Shown here: one piece after another, positions 1 to 8,031 of the stretch
Position numbering within the stretch: the first letter of the stretch is position 1
Layout of the letters: each line of letters starts with the position of its first letter
Source: a virus
Lineage: Duplodnaviria; Heunggongvirae; Uroviricota; Caudoviricetes
IMG/VR virus record: IMGVR_UViG_2695420817_000008
Length of the DNA stretch: 32,558 bases
Direction: 5' to 3' (one strand)
Notes under the pieces: model-generated
Databases searched by the model: none
Seen by the model: only the letters and a program-made list of their open reading frames with translations
What the model was told of the DNA's origin: nothing
Made by a program: the position numbers and the translations under genes

Positions 1-201
1 AGGGAAGGCGTAAATTTCTTTCGTCCACGGATTAAGGCCGTACTGGTTGGCGACGATCAACAATGCGATGAACTGCGCATCGCTGGCATCACCTTTAAAT
101 GCCGTCTGGCGAAGAGTGGTGATCAGTTCCTGTGGGTCGACAGAATCCATGCCGACACGTTCAGCCAGCTTCCCAGCCAGCGTTGCGAGTGCTGTACTCA
201 T
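1..201 (-). CDS. bet: Bet (Red-beta) single-strand annealing recombinase, N-terminal 67 codons; gene continues past the window start
   Basis: Reverse-strand translation from the ATG at 199-201 reads MSTALATLAGKLAERVGMDSVDPQELITTLRQTAFKGDASDAQFIALLIVANQYGLNPWTKEIYAF, matching the lambda Bet N-terminus as recalled. Confidence 0.9.
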   Translation of the reverse strand, partial: MSTALATLAGKLAERVGMDSVDPQELITTLRQTAFKGDASDAQFIALLIVANQYGLNPWTKEIYAFP

Positions 202-206
202 CCGTT

Positions 207-503
207 TTATACCTCTGAATCAATATCAACCTGATGGTGAGCAATGGTTTCAACCATGTACCGGATGTGTTCTGCCATGCGCTCCTGAAACTCAACATCG
301 TCATCAAATGCACGGGTAATGGCTTTTTTGCTGGCCCCGTGGCGTTGCAAATGATCGATGCAGAGTGATTCAAACAGGTGCTGTGGAAGACCTTTTTCCA
401 TGTCGTCTGCCAGTTCTGCCTCTTTCTCTTCACGGGCAATCTGCTGGTAGTGACGCGCCCAGCTCTGAGCCTCAAGACGATCCTGAATGTAATAAGCGTT
501 CAT
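207..503 (-). CDS. gam: Gam host-nuclease (RecBCD) inhibitor, 98-aa short form
   Basis: Protein [39 protein letters not shown]...[10 protein letters not shown] matches lambda Gam from its internal Met onward. The upstream in-frame sequence hits a stop at 558-560 with no start codon, so only the short form is encoded. Confidence 0.9.
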   Translation of the reverse strand: MNAYYIQDRLEAQSWARHYQQIAREEKEAELADDMEKGLPQHLFESLCIDHLQRHGASKKAITRAFDDDVEFQERMAEHIRYMVETIAHHQVDIDSEV

Positions 504-578
504 GGCTGAACTCCTGAAAATGGCTGTGAAAATATCGCCCGCGAAATGCCAGGCTGATTAGGAAAACAGGAAAGGGGA

Positions 579-989
579 TTAGTGATTCAGGCCGTTGCCT
601 CGTCCGTCGAGAAAAACTTCCACGAGCAAATCACGGGTATAAGTGCGCTCGATGCCGCGATGCAGATATAGCCGTCCGCGTAAATTAGCTGATGCTGTCC
701 AGGTACCATCTTTGTGTTTGACCAGCATTCCTGGCATGACCGCACCGCGATTAACGGTCTGCGTTCCGTAATGTTGATGAACCATAAAAACTCCTGCCCG
801 TAAGCTGGGCTGCTGAACATATAAAGACTTCTGCGCGTATTCAGGCGGTGGATGGCCGCCGGTTGTCATAACTAAGCCGCCTCGTTGAAGCGACTGAGGT
901 ATGAAATGTTGAGTTAATTTCAGCTGGTCACACCGACGTTCACGCGTCCGCTTCACCCCTCGCACTTCCCGGAGCCTGCTGAAATTCAA
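579..989 (-). CDS. hypothetical early-left protein (136 aa), first ORF downstream of the putative pL, in the N/kil position; function unknown
   Basis: Longest ORF between gam and the OL-like region, with an Arg-rich N-terminus. An alternative 77-aa ORF (587..820) in another frame overlaps it. No family recognised. Confidence 0.3.
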   Translation of the reverse strand: MNFSRLREVRGVKRTRERRCDQLKLTQHFIPQSLQRGGLVMTTGGHPPPEYAQKSLYVQQPSLRAGVFMVHQHYGTQTVNRGAVMPGMLVKHKDGTWTASANLRGRLYLHRGIERTYTRDLLVEVFLDGRGNGLNH

Positions 990-1059
990 GCTACGGATCT
1001 AAGCGGTCATCGCAACGGTGAATCAGGTGGTTGCCGTATCGTTGTGTTGTTGCGATATG

Positions 1060-1115
1060 ATGATAATAGCTATTGCTATTGGTGATATCAATACTTATTG
1101 CTATTGACTGATGTG
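1060..1115. promoter_or_regulatory. putative OL/pL operator-promoter region
   Basis: Two copies of TATTGCTATTG (1071..1082 and 1097..1108) in an AT-rich intergenic stretch; the same TTGCTATT motif recurs between the cI-like and cro-like genes. Confidence 0.4.
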
Positions 1116-1264
1116 TTTTGATATTAAATGTTTGATAGCAAAAAGAATTAATTTTGTGACTTGCATCGCATAGCGATAACTGAAGCAGGGGCATGGTGGT
1201 TTTTTGAACGGTGTGTGATGAGGGGAGGCAAAAGAAAACCCGGCACGACGGCCGGGGAGGGGGG

Positions 1265-1771
1265 TCATTTTAATCTATCAAGGAGTGGCTCTCTTTCCTT
1301 CTTCTCTGATTCTCTTCGGTTTAATAACGCTTTAAACTCTTGAAGCTCAACCATTATTTTATGAACGAATACACTGGTATAGAGAGAAATAAAGAGTAAT
1401 CCACCTGAAATTTTTAAGACCCTGAAGAGTAGGGCTTGATCATTTGTGCTTGCTATTAACCCCAAGATTACAAACAAAGTTGAAAATACATAGAAAGCTA
1501 ATAATAAAACCAATTTCAGTCTCTTGGATTTGACTATTGGCACTAATCGCCTAACCTCACTAGGGGTTAAAGACGAGTGGTCATTGGCCTCATTTGCCTT
1601 AAAAATGGCTTGTATACAATATGATAATGGCAATTGCATGAGTCCAACCACAGCCCACGGAGCTGTTAGGACAACACCCGGTGTAATATAGCCCAATGCT
1701 GACTTGAACAAAAAGTAACCAGCAACATAGAAGACCAACATACCAATAAGGTGGATGATGTTCGATTTCAT
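1265..1771 (-). CDS. small integral membrane protein (168 aa, four predicted TM helices); RexB-like or SieB-like exclusion candidate
   Basis: Hydrophobic segments IIHLIGMLVFYVAGYFLF, VVLTAPWAVVGLMQLPLSY, LKLVLLLAFYVFSTLFVILGLIA and GGLLFISLYTSVFV, with a charged C-terminal tail. AT-rich and co-oriented with the cI-like gene. Confidence 0.6.
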   Translation of the reverse strand: MKSNIIHLIGMLVFYVAGYFLFKSALGYITPGVVLTAPWAVVGLMQLPLSYCIQAIFKANEANDHSSLTPSEVRRLVPIVKSKRLKLVLLLAFYVFSTLFVILGLIASTNDQALLFRVLKISGGLLFISLYTSVFVHKIMVELQEFKALLNRRESEKKEREPLLDRLK

Positions 1772-1792
1772 TATCGCCCTCCTTTTGGTAGG

Positions 1793-2815
1793 TTATTTTG
1801 CAACCAATTCTCCGGCATCAAGTTTTGAGAACAGCCACTTATGCATTTTTAAGAATAAATCATTTTCATCAATAATGCCATTGTTATGTTCAACGCTAAT
1901 TTTTCCGGATAATTTTATCTCTTTTCCCGTTATTTCCCCACCGCCTTGAAGTTTGATGCTAATATCATCCTCATCTAGATGTCGTAGTGAGGTAGCAATA
2001 CTGTCTATAACAGCTTGACCGCTATCATTTGTTTTTCTGAAGTATGTAATCTCGAGGCTTACTTGTAAATTGGCCTCATCTAATGAATCTTTAATGTTTA
2101 TATCATTTGCCCAGTTATCGCCAAAAAATGCTTTTAGTAGCGCACCTCCTTTCCCTATTGGGCGGTATTTTATTGTCTTCACCGAACCATTTGAAAAGGA
2201 GGGTGTTTGGTTCTCTGAATTTTTAACTTCTGAAGTAATGGGTAATCCACCAATTTTTATGCTCTTGGCTGGTGCTTTCTCCATTTTTTTCATCGTTTCT
2301 TCGGATGGCTTATCTTGAAGCATTAACACAGATTCTTTTTCATCTGTGAATGTATTAATTAGCCAATTCAAATGCGCCTCAAGCTCCCTTGCTCGAAGCG
2401 ATGTGGATTGAACGATCATGACATGGTTGTTTAGTACACCAAAATATAAAATTGAATCTACAAACTCTCTTTTTTTGTCACTACGTTTATCTCCATCAAT
2501 AATTATATCATTAGACGTGATGGAGTTAATGTCATAAAATTTAACATTATCACTAAGCTCTAATAGAGACTGGCTTTTGTCTTTTTCAAATAAAACCAGT
2601 TGCCCAAAAAGTATAGTTTTGTATGTGTCGCTTTTATTTAAGAAACGATACCCCGAATTTTCATCTGAAGGTGTTATTTTTTCTTGTCTACTAAGTACTT
2701 TTTCTGCAACGCCGCCCTCACCTATAATACTAAGTAGTATGTTTTGTAATGATGATTTGCTGTGTGGGATTACTGCTTTTTTATAATGAACGACTTTTTG
2801 TCTGTTATCTTTCAT
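1793..2815 (-). CDS. hypothetical soluble protein (340 aa), RexA-position partner of the membrane protein; no recognisable catalytic motif
   Basis: Long AT-rich ORF immediately downstream of the cI-like gene on the same strand, 21 nt upstream of the membrane-protein gene. No Walker or nuclease motif seen. Confidence 0.6.
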   Translation of the reverse strand: MKDNRQKVVHYKKAVIPHSKSSLQNILLSIIGEGGVAEKVLSRQEKITPSDENSGYRFLNKSDTYKTILFGQLVLFEKDKSQSLLELSDNVKFYDINSITSNDIIIDGDKRSDKKREFVDSILYFGVLNNHVMIVQSTSLRARELEAHLNWLINTFTDEKESVLMLQDKPSEETMKKMEKAPAKSIKIGGLPITSEVKNSENQTPSFSNGSVKTIKYRPIGKGGALLKAFFGDNWANDINIKDSLDEANLQVSLEITYFRKTNDSGQAVIDSIATSLRHLDEDDISIKLQGGGEITGKEIKLSGKISVEHNNGIIDENDLFLKMHKWLFSKLDAGELVAK

Positions 2816-2873
2816 TGCTATAGTCCAACTAGTATTGAATAAATAAACACAGTAAAGACATAAAAATTTCTTA

Positions 2874-2901
2874 TAGCTACCGATAACGTAATCGGTAGCT
2901 A
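2874..2901. promoter_or_regulatory. perfect 11-bp inverted repeat (TAGCTACCGAT / ATCGGTAGCTA, 6-nt spacer) between cI-like stop and the RexA-position gene; hairpin terminator/attenuator or operator
   Basis: Read directly from the sequence; on the minus strand it is followed by a T-rich run. Confidence 0.4.
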
Positions 2902-2937
2902 TTACAAATCAACCAAAGGTAATTCTTTACATACTAC

Positions 2938-3630
2938 CTACCCATGCTTCCTGTAGGTCTGCGGCATGCTCCCAATAACTTTCCCGAAGATAAACACCCG
3001 GTTCATCTCGTCTTTCTCGATAGGATCCCACGGTGAGTAGCTCTTGTTATCAGAGATAACCAGCAGTTTATCCTTCATCATTTGCAGGCGCTTTACATGG
3101 GCGGTGTCGTCGTACAGAAATGCATAGATACCATCACCGTCGAAAGATTTAACCGTGATATCAACGAACAGCAGATCACCTGGTTCGATCGTTCCTGACA
3201 TGCTGTCACCACGCACGTTAATGATGCGGATATTTTCTGCCTTCCTGCCATCGAACATGTGACGAGCATCGTCAAACGAGTACTCAACCGAGCGTAGAAC
3301 TTCTACAAACTCACGGTTGATGACTCCCGGCCCGGCACTGACTTCTATATCAAGAACGTCAATTTTGAAGTATTTGGAATGGCTGACAGCAGGCTTCCCT
3401 GATTGTTGACCGTCATTTCTCATCGGGCCTATGCCTGATGAGAGCCATTCTGTTCGAACACCCAATGCATTAGCTATTTCAACAATTTTTGTTGAGCCGC
3501 GCGCGTTGCCGCTTGTCAGTCTCCAGATTGTGGGTTGAGCTACGCCAGACGCCTTTGCAAGAGCGCCTTGAGACATTCCAGATTGTTCCATCGCTAGGTT
3601 TAAGCGATCAGCAAGAGTTTCTTTTTTCAT
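2938..3630 (-). CDS. CI-like prophage repressor (N-terminal HTH, C-terminal LexA-like S24 peptidase domain)
   Basis: HTH segment QGALAKASGVAQPTIWRL, Ser nucleophile in VRGDSMSG and Lys in HVKRL. Start taken as the ATG at 3628-3630 (MKKETLADRL); the ORF is open to a TTG at 3666. Divergent from the cro-like gene. Confidence 0.8.
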   Translation of the reverse strand: MKKETLADRLNLAMEQSGMSQGALAKASGVAQPTIWRLTSGNARGSTKIVEIANALGVRTEWLSSGIGPMRNDGQQSGKPAVSHSKYFKIDVLDIEVSAGPGVINREFVEVLRSVEYSFDDARHMFDGRKAENIRIINVRGDSMSGTIEPGDLLFVDITVKSFDGDGIYAFLYDDTAHVKRLQMMKDKLLVISDNKSYSPWDPIEKDEMNRVFIFGKVIGSMPQTYRKHG

Positions 3631-3666
3631 AAGTTTTAATTTATACGCTTGCGTATTGATGGTCAA

Positions 3667-3740
3667 AACACGTTTTGCTATTGCTTGGATTAATACTCAT
3701 TGCTATTATTCATTCATTGCAATACCAATAGGAATTGATA
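3667..3740. promoter_or_regulatory. putative OR operator region (pR / pRM) between divergent cI-like and cro-like genes
   Basis: Repeated TTGCTATTG / TTGCTATTA / TTGCAATAC half-site-like motifs in a 70-bp divergent intergenic region. Confidence 0.5.
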
Positions 3741-3968
3741 ATGACAAATCAAACCATTCAACTCGCAATCAGTATTACAGGTAGTCAAAAGCGACTGGCA
3801 GATCTATGCGGTGTAGCCCAGCCCACTGTTTGGCGTTGGCTACACGGTGGCGGAATTGATGCCCGCTATGTAATGAAAATTGTCTCAGCCACTGGTGGAA
3901 AGATTAAACCAGCAGATATTCGTCCCGACCTCGCACCATTGTTTAACGCGAGTAATTCTGCCGCCTAA
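3741..3968 (+). CDS. Cro-like HTH regulator (YdaS family)
   Basis: 75-aa protein with HTH segment GSQKRLADLCGVAQPTVWRW, divergently transcribed from the repressor gene. Confidence 0.75.
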   Translation: MTNQTIQLAISITGSQKRLADLCGVAQPTVWRWLHGGGIDARYVMKIVSATGGKIKPADIRPDLAPLFNASNSAA

Positions 3969-3992
3969 TCTGCGGCGTTAACTGATAAGGCA

Positions 3993-4538
3993 ATGACTAT
4001 GCAACCACTTACATACCAACAGACTAGCGGATTTAGCCCGACTGCGGTGATAAATCGTTCTCAAACAAAACAAGCTCCAGGCCACGAAAAAATCCGTGAT
4101 GCCGTCCGCGCCTGGTCGGCTGCAGATAATCAGGATGTTGTTGCCGCACTCATTGTGAATGAGTATCGGGAGCAGGGCGGCGGCACCATCGATTTCCCTG
4201 ATGATGTCAGCCGTGCACGCCAGAAGCTGTTCCGCTTCCTCGATAACAAATTCGATTCTGAAAAATACCGAAATAACGTGCGTGAACTGACCCCGGCAAT
4301 TCTGGCGGTACTACCGCTGGAATATCGCGGCCACCTGGTTGAGCAGGATAGCTTCATGGCTCGGCTGGCTGAAATGGAAAAGGAACTCAGTGAGGCAAAA
4401 CAGGCTGTCATTCTCAACGCACCACGCCACCAGAAACTGAAGGAGATGAGTGAAGGCATTGTGTCGATGTTTCGTGTGGACCCGGATCTGGCTGGTCCAC
4501 TGATGGCGATGGTCACCACCATGCTGGGGGCAATATGA
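3993..4538 (+). CDS. YdaT-like protein (Rac prophage ydaT family) in the cII position
   Basis: Segments NEYREQGGGTIDFPDD and LTPAILAVLPLEYRGHL resemble Rac YdaT as recalled; lies between cro-like and O. Confidence 0.6.
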   Translation: MTMQPLTYQQTSGFSPTAVINRSQTKQAPGHEKIRDAVRAWSAADNQDVVAALIVNEYREQGGGTIDFPDDVSRARQKLFRFLDNKFDSEKYRNNVRELTPAILAVLPLEYRGHLVEQDSFMARLAEMEKELSEAKQAVILNAPRHQKLKEMSEGIVSMFRVDPDLAGPLMAMVTTMLGAI

Positions 4539-4624
4539 CAGGTTCGGAAATGGCGAAAGCCGGTCTGCGCGAACAGAACCGACTTTCAGGTGCAAATCGT
4601 AACACACTCATTGCGGGAGGAATT

Positions 4625-5554
4625 ATGGCAAACACTGCTGAGATATTCAATTTTCCAGTGCCGGATGCGGCACAAAAGGAGCCGCGCGTGGCAGATCTCG
4701 ATGATGGTTATACGCGCATTGCAAATGAGTTGCTGGAAGCTGTGATGCTGGCCGGATTAACACAGCACCAGCTTCTGGTCTTTCTGGCTGTCATGCGCAA
4801 AACATATGGCTTTAATAAAAAACTGGATTGGGTTAGCAACGAGCAACTTTCCGAATTAACCGGGATATTGCCGCACAAGTGTTCTGCTGCAAAAAGTGTT
4901 CTGGTAAAGCGTGGGATTCTTATTCAGAGCGGGCGGAATATCGGCATCAATAATGTGGTCAGTGAATGGTCAACATTACCCGAATCAGGTAAGAAAAATA
5001 AAGTTTACCTGAAAGAGGTAAATTTACCTGAATCAGGTAAGAAAAGTTTACCCAAATCAGGTAAAGGCACTTACCCGAATCAGGTAAACACAAAAGACAA
5101 ACTAACAAAAGACAATATAAAACCTTTTTCGTCCGAGAATTCTGACGAATCCTCTGACCAGCCAGAAAATGCCCTTCCTGTGGTGAAACCGGATGCTGCG
5201 ATTCAGAGCGGCAGCAAGTGGGGGACAGCAGAAGACCTGACTGCCGCAGAGTGGATGTTTGACATGGTGAAGACCATCGCGCCATCAGCCAGAAAACCGA
5301 ATTTTGCAGGGTGGGCTAACGATATCCGCCTGATGCGTGAACGTGACGGACGTAACCACCGCGACATGTGCGTGCTGTTCCGCTGGGCCTGCCAGGACAA
5401 CTTCTGGTCCGGTAACGTGCTGAGTCCGGCCAAACTACGCGACAAGTGGACCCAGCTCGAAATCAACCGTAACAAGCAACAGGCTGGCGTGACAGCCGGA
5501 AAACCAAAACTCGACCTGACGAACACTGACTGGATTTACGGGGTGGAGCTATGA
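4625..5554 (+). CDS. O: replication initiator O (divergent iteron-binding N-terminal half, lambda-like C-terminal half)
   Basis: GGAGG RBS before the ATG at 4625. N-terminus MANTAEIFNFPVPD...VADLDDGYTRIANELLEA resembles lambda O; C-terminus DMCVLFRWACQDNFWSGNVLSPAKLRDKWTQLEINRNKQQAGV...DWIYGVEL matches lambda O as recalled. Confidence 0.9.
   Translation: MANTAEIFNFPVPDAAQKEPRVADLDDGYTRIANELLEAVMLAGLTQHQLLVFLAVMRKTYGFNKKLDWVSNEQLSELTGILPHKCSAAKSVLVKRGILIQSGRNIGINNVVSEWSTLPESGKKNKVYLKEVNLPESGKKSLPKSGKGTYPNQVNTKDKLTKDNIKPFSSENSDESSDQPENALPVVKPDAAIQSGSKWGTAEDLTAAEWMFDMVKTIAPSARKPNFAGWANDIRLMRERDGRNHRDMCVLFRWACQDNFWSGNVLSPAKLRDKWTQLEINRNKQQAGVTAGKPKLDLTNTDWIYGVEL
4976..5130. repeat. phage origin of replication inside O: four 18-bp iterons (TTACC[C/T][G/A]AATCAGGTAA[G/A]) at 24-bp spacing plus one degenerate copy, followed by an A/T-rich segment
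   Basis: Iterons at 4976..4993, 5024..5041, 5048..5065 and 5071..5088; degenerate copy near 5004..5021. Each is an imperfect palindrome (TACC...GGTA). A-rich stretch follows at 5089..5130. Confidence 0.85.
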
Positions 5555-6261
5555 AAAACATCGCCGCACAGATGGTTAATTTTGACCGTGAGCAGATGCG
5601 CCGGATCGCCAATAACATGCCGGAACAGTACGACGAAAAGCCGCAGGTACAGCAGGTAGCGCAGATTATCAATGGTGTGTTCAGCCAGTTACTGGCAACT
5701 TTCCCGGCGAGCCTGGCTAACCGGGACCAGAATGAACTGAACGAAATCCGCCGCCAGTGGGTTCTGGCTTTCCGGGAAAATGGGATCACCACGATGGAAC
5801 AGGTTAACGCTGGAATGCGCGTAGCCCGTCGGCAGAATCGACCATTCCTGCCATCACCCGGGCAGTTTGTCGCCTGGTGCCGGGAAGAAGCATCCGTTAA
5901 CGCCGGGCTGCCAAACGTCAGCGAGCTGGTTGATATGGTCTATGAGTATTGTCGGAAGCGTGGCCTGTATCCAGATGCAGAGTCTTATCCATGGAAATCA
6001 AACGCGCACTACTGGCTGGTTACCAACCTGTACCAGAACATGCGGGCCAATGCGTTGACTGACGCGGAATTACGGCGCATGGCTGCCGATGAACTGTCCT
6101 GTATGACCGCGCGAATTAACCGTGGTGAAGCGATCCCTGAACCGGTGAAACAACTTCCTGTCATGGGCGGCAGGCCGCTTAATCGTGTTCAGAGCTTGGA
6201 AAAAATTAAACAATTGCGTGCTAAACATGGATTATGTAGAGGGAAAAGGTTTAGTGGATGA
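5551..6261 (+). CDS. P: replication protein P (DnaB helicase loader)
   Basis: MKNIAAQMVNFDREQMRRIANNMPEQYDEKPQVQQVAQIINGVF... matches lambda P as recalled for most of its length; the last ~25 residues diverge. ATGA overlap with the O stop. Confidence 0.92.
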   Translation: MKNIAAQMVNFDREQMRRIANNMPEQYDEKPQVQQVAQIINGVFSQLLATFPASLANRDQNELNEIRRQWVLAFRENGITTMEQVNAGMRVARRQNRPFLPSPGQFVAWCREEASVNAGLPNVSELVDMVYEYCRKRGLYPDAESYPWKSNAHYWLVTNLYQNMRANALTDAELRRMAADELSCMTARINRGEAIPEPVKQLPVMGGRPLNRVQSLEKIKQLRAKHGLCRGKRFSG

Positions 6262-6384
6262 AAGTAATGAGGTGATTTCCTTCTCTCCCACACTTCAAAA
6301 GATAGAGTTTATTATTTGAATTTACTATAATTTACTGATAAAACAAAAGAATTGTAGAGCAATTTTCATTTGAGGATGAAGTAA

Positions 6385-8031
6385 ATGTGTGAAACCTATA
6401 TTTTTAGGTTCCGTGACCTAGGAAAAAGTGAAGGATTTACCATCGAGCAACACAATAACATTGCTCGCCAAGAAGGGAATGTTTGGTGGGGGTGGTGGGC
6501 TAAATCTGGTGAGCGTTTCCCATCACTGGAACTAAAAAATGCGGCAGAAAAAAATAAACAAATATATTTTTTTGATTCAGGGCGGCTTAAATTTTATACC
6601 GCTGTATTAAAGGATACCTGCTCGTCAGCTTTAGGGGATATAAAAAAGCAATCTCCTAAGGATGGTCGCAGAACCCCAGCATATTATAATGAGAATGAGT
6701 TGCTGGGATGGTTAAATGTTTCTGAGATTATAGAAATTGATGCTTGTGATATCCTCAAAAAATTCACATATATTCCATTGGATGCATTGTTTGCAGGTAA
6801 TAAAGATTTAGATGAGCAACTTTTCAACAAAATTGTCTTTTCTTCAGCTGAATTAAAAAAACAAGATAGAACTATTTGGAAGATTAGACCTGCAAATGAT
6901 AAAGATTTACAGCATGAGTCATTAGCATCTCATTATGTTCCTTATAATTTCAGTCGGAAGTATAGCCAAAAAAAAGGGGAGTTTATAATTTGGCTTTCGG
7001 ATATTCATTTTGATGGCGGAAATGGGAAACATGCATTTCCGACACAAGATAATGATCAGCTAAAATGTTTATCCTCTCGAGTGGTGGAGTTGGCTGGAAA
7101 ATATAATAATGGGAGTAAATGTGCTGGGTTGGCTATTTCAGGTGATTTGACGTGGCAGTCACAGAAAGAGGGATTCGAGCAAGCTTTGAATTTTATCAAA
7201 GATGTTAGTTCTTCTCTTAGTCTGACAACGGATGATATAATTATTTGTCCTGGGAATCACGATGTAGGTCTGGTTTCTAAAGATGAGTACTTTAAAATCG
7301 TTGGTAAGCCTGTAACGGATAAACCATGGAAAATTCTGGCGGAAAACTACCATAGCGAAAGTAAACTTAATTATATAAAATTTTATCGAGATTTTTTTCA
7401 AAGGGAACCTGAAGAAAATTTATCACAAGGAAGGAAATTTTTACTAGGTGGCCATAAAGTTGTTGAAATAGCCGCATTGAACTCATGCGTATTACAACAA
7501 GTAAAAGATTCATTTTTGGGCATGGGATTTGTCGGTGAGCAACAACTCAGTGATGTTGCAAAATCTATGGGATGGATGAATGATAGCGGAGGAGATATAC
7601 TCAAAAAGAAAGGTGTTATAAGAATTGCTATGCTTCACCATCACCTAACTTCTATTAATGAAGTTGAAGATGCCTATCTTGATTCAAGATATAGTGTAAC
7701 ATTAGATGCAGAGCGATTATTACGTTGGGTAGTAAGGCATAAAGTTGATTATATTCTGCATGGTCATATGCACAGAAGTAGTTTTATTACAATAACAAAA
7801 AAACTATCTCCGTTAGAACCAGTGACGGATTCAAATCCTGAACATACATTCCAAATTGTTTCTTTGGGAAGTTCAGGAGTTGTTAGTTCGGAATTGCCAA
7901 GTCAGGATTGTGCTAACTATGCATGCGTACTGGATTTTTCTGGCGAAAAGCTAACTTTTAATTTTTTCAAGCTTGATAAACAGAGCGGAGAAAAAGTGGC
8001 GGCTACTTATATTGTTGAAGGTTTATTATGA
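6385..8031 (+). CDS. calcineurin-like metallophosphoesterase (548 aa) with an unassigned ~200-aa N-terminal domain
   Basis: All five metallophosphoesterase motifs in order: LSDIHFDG (D-x-H), ISGDLTW (GD), CPGNHD (GNH[DE]), MLHHHL (H) and LHGHMHR (GH-x-H). N-terminal region contains GNVWWGWWAK. AT-rich codon usage; GAGGA RBS. Confidence 0.8.
   Translation: MCETYIFRFRDLGKSEGFTIEQHNNIARQEGNVWWGWWAKSGERFPSLELKNAAEKNKQIYFFDSGRLKFYTAVLKDTCSSALGDIKKQSPKDGRRTPAYYNENELLGWLNVSEIIEIDACDILKKFTYIPLDALFAGNKDLDEQLFNKIVFSSAELKKQDRTIWKIRPANDKDLQHESLASHYVPYNFSRKYSQKKGEFIIWLSDIHFDGGNGKHAFPTQDNDQLKCLSSRVVELAGKYNNGSKCAGLAISGDLTWQSQKEGFEQALNFIKDVSSSLSLTTDDIIICPGNHDVGLVSKDEYFKIVGKPVTDKPWKILAENYHSESKLNYIKFYRDFFQREPEENLSQGRKFLLGGHKVVEIAALNSCVLQQVKDSFLGMGFVGEQQLSDVAKSMGWMNDSGGDILKKKGVIRIAMLHHHLTSINEVEDAYLDSRYSVTLDAERLLRWVVRHKVDYILHGHMHRSSFITITKKLSPLEPVTDSNPEHTFQIVSLGSSGVVSSELPSQDCANYACVLDFSGEKLTFNFFKLDKQSGEKVAATYIVEGLL

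Noticed and set aside
991-1194. 67-aa minus-strand ORF across the OL-like region
   Set aside because: Low-complexity translation of an AT-rich repeat-containing intergenic region better explained as operator/promoter DNA.
4130-4607. Minus-strand ORFs 4130..4522 and 4311..4607
   Set aside because: Antisense to the YdaT-like gene and the O leader; composition and lack of motifs indicate non-coding frames.
4976-5088. Regularly spaced direct repeats that might be read as a CRISPR array
   Set aside because: The repeats are 18 bp at 24-bp spacing, imperfectly palindromic, and lie inside the O reading frame followed by an A/T-rich segment. That is the signature of phage origin iterons; there are no unique spacers or cas genes.
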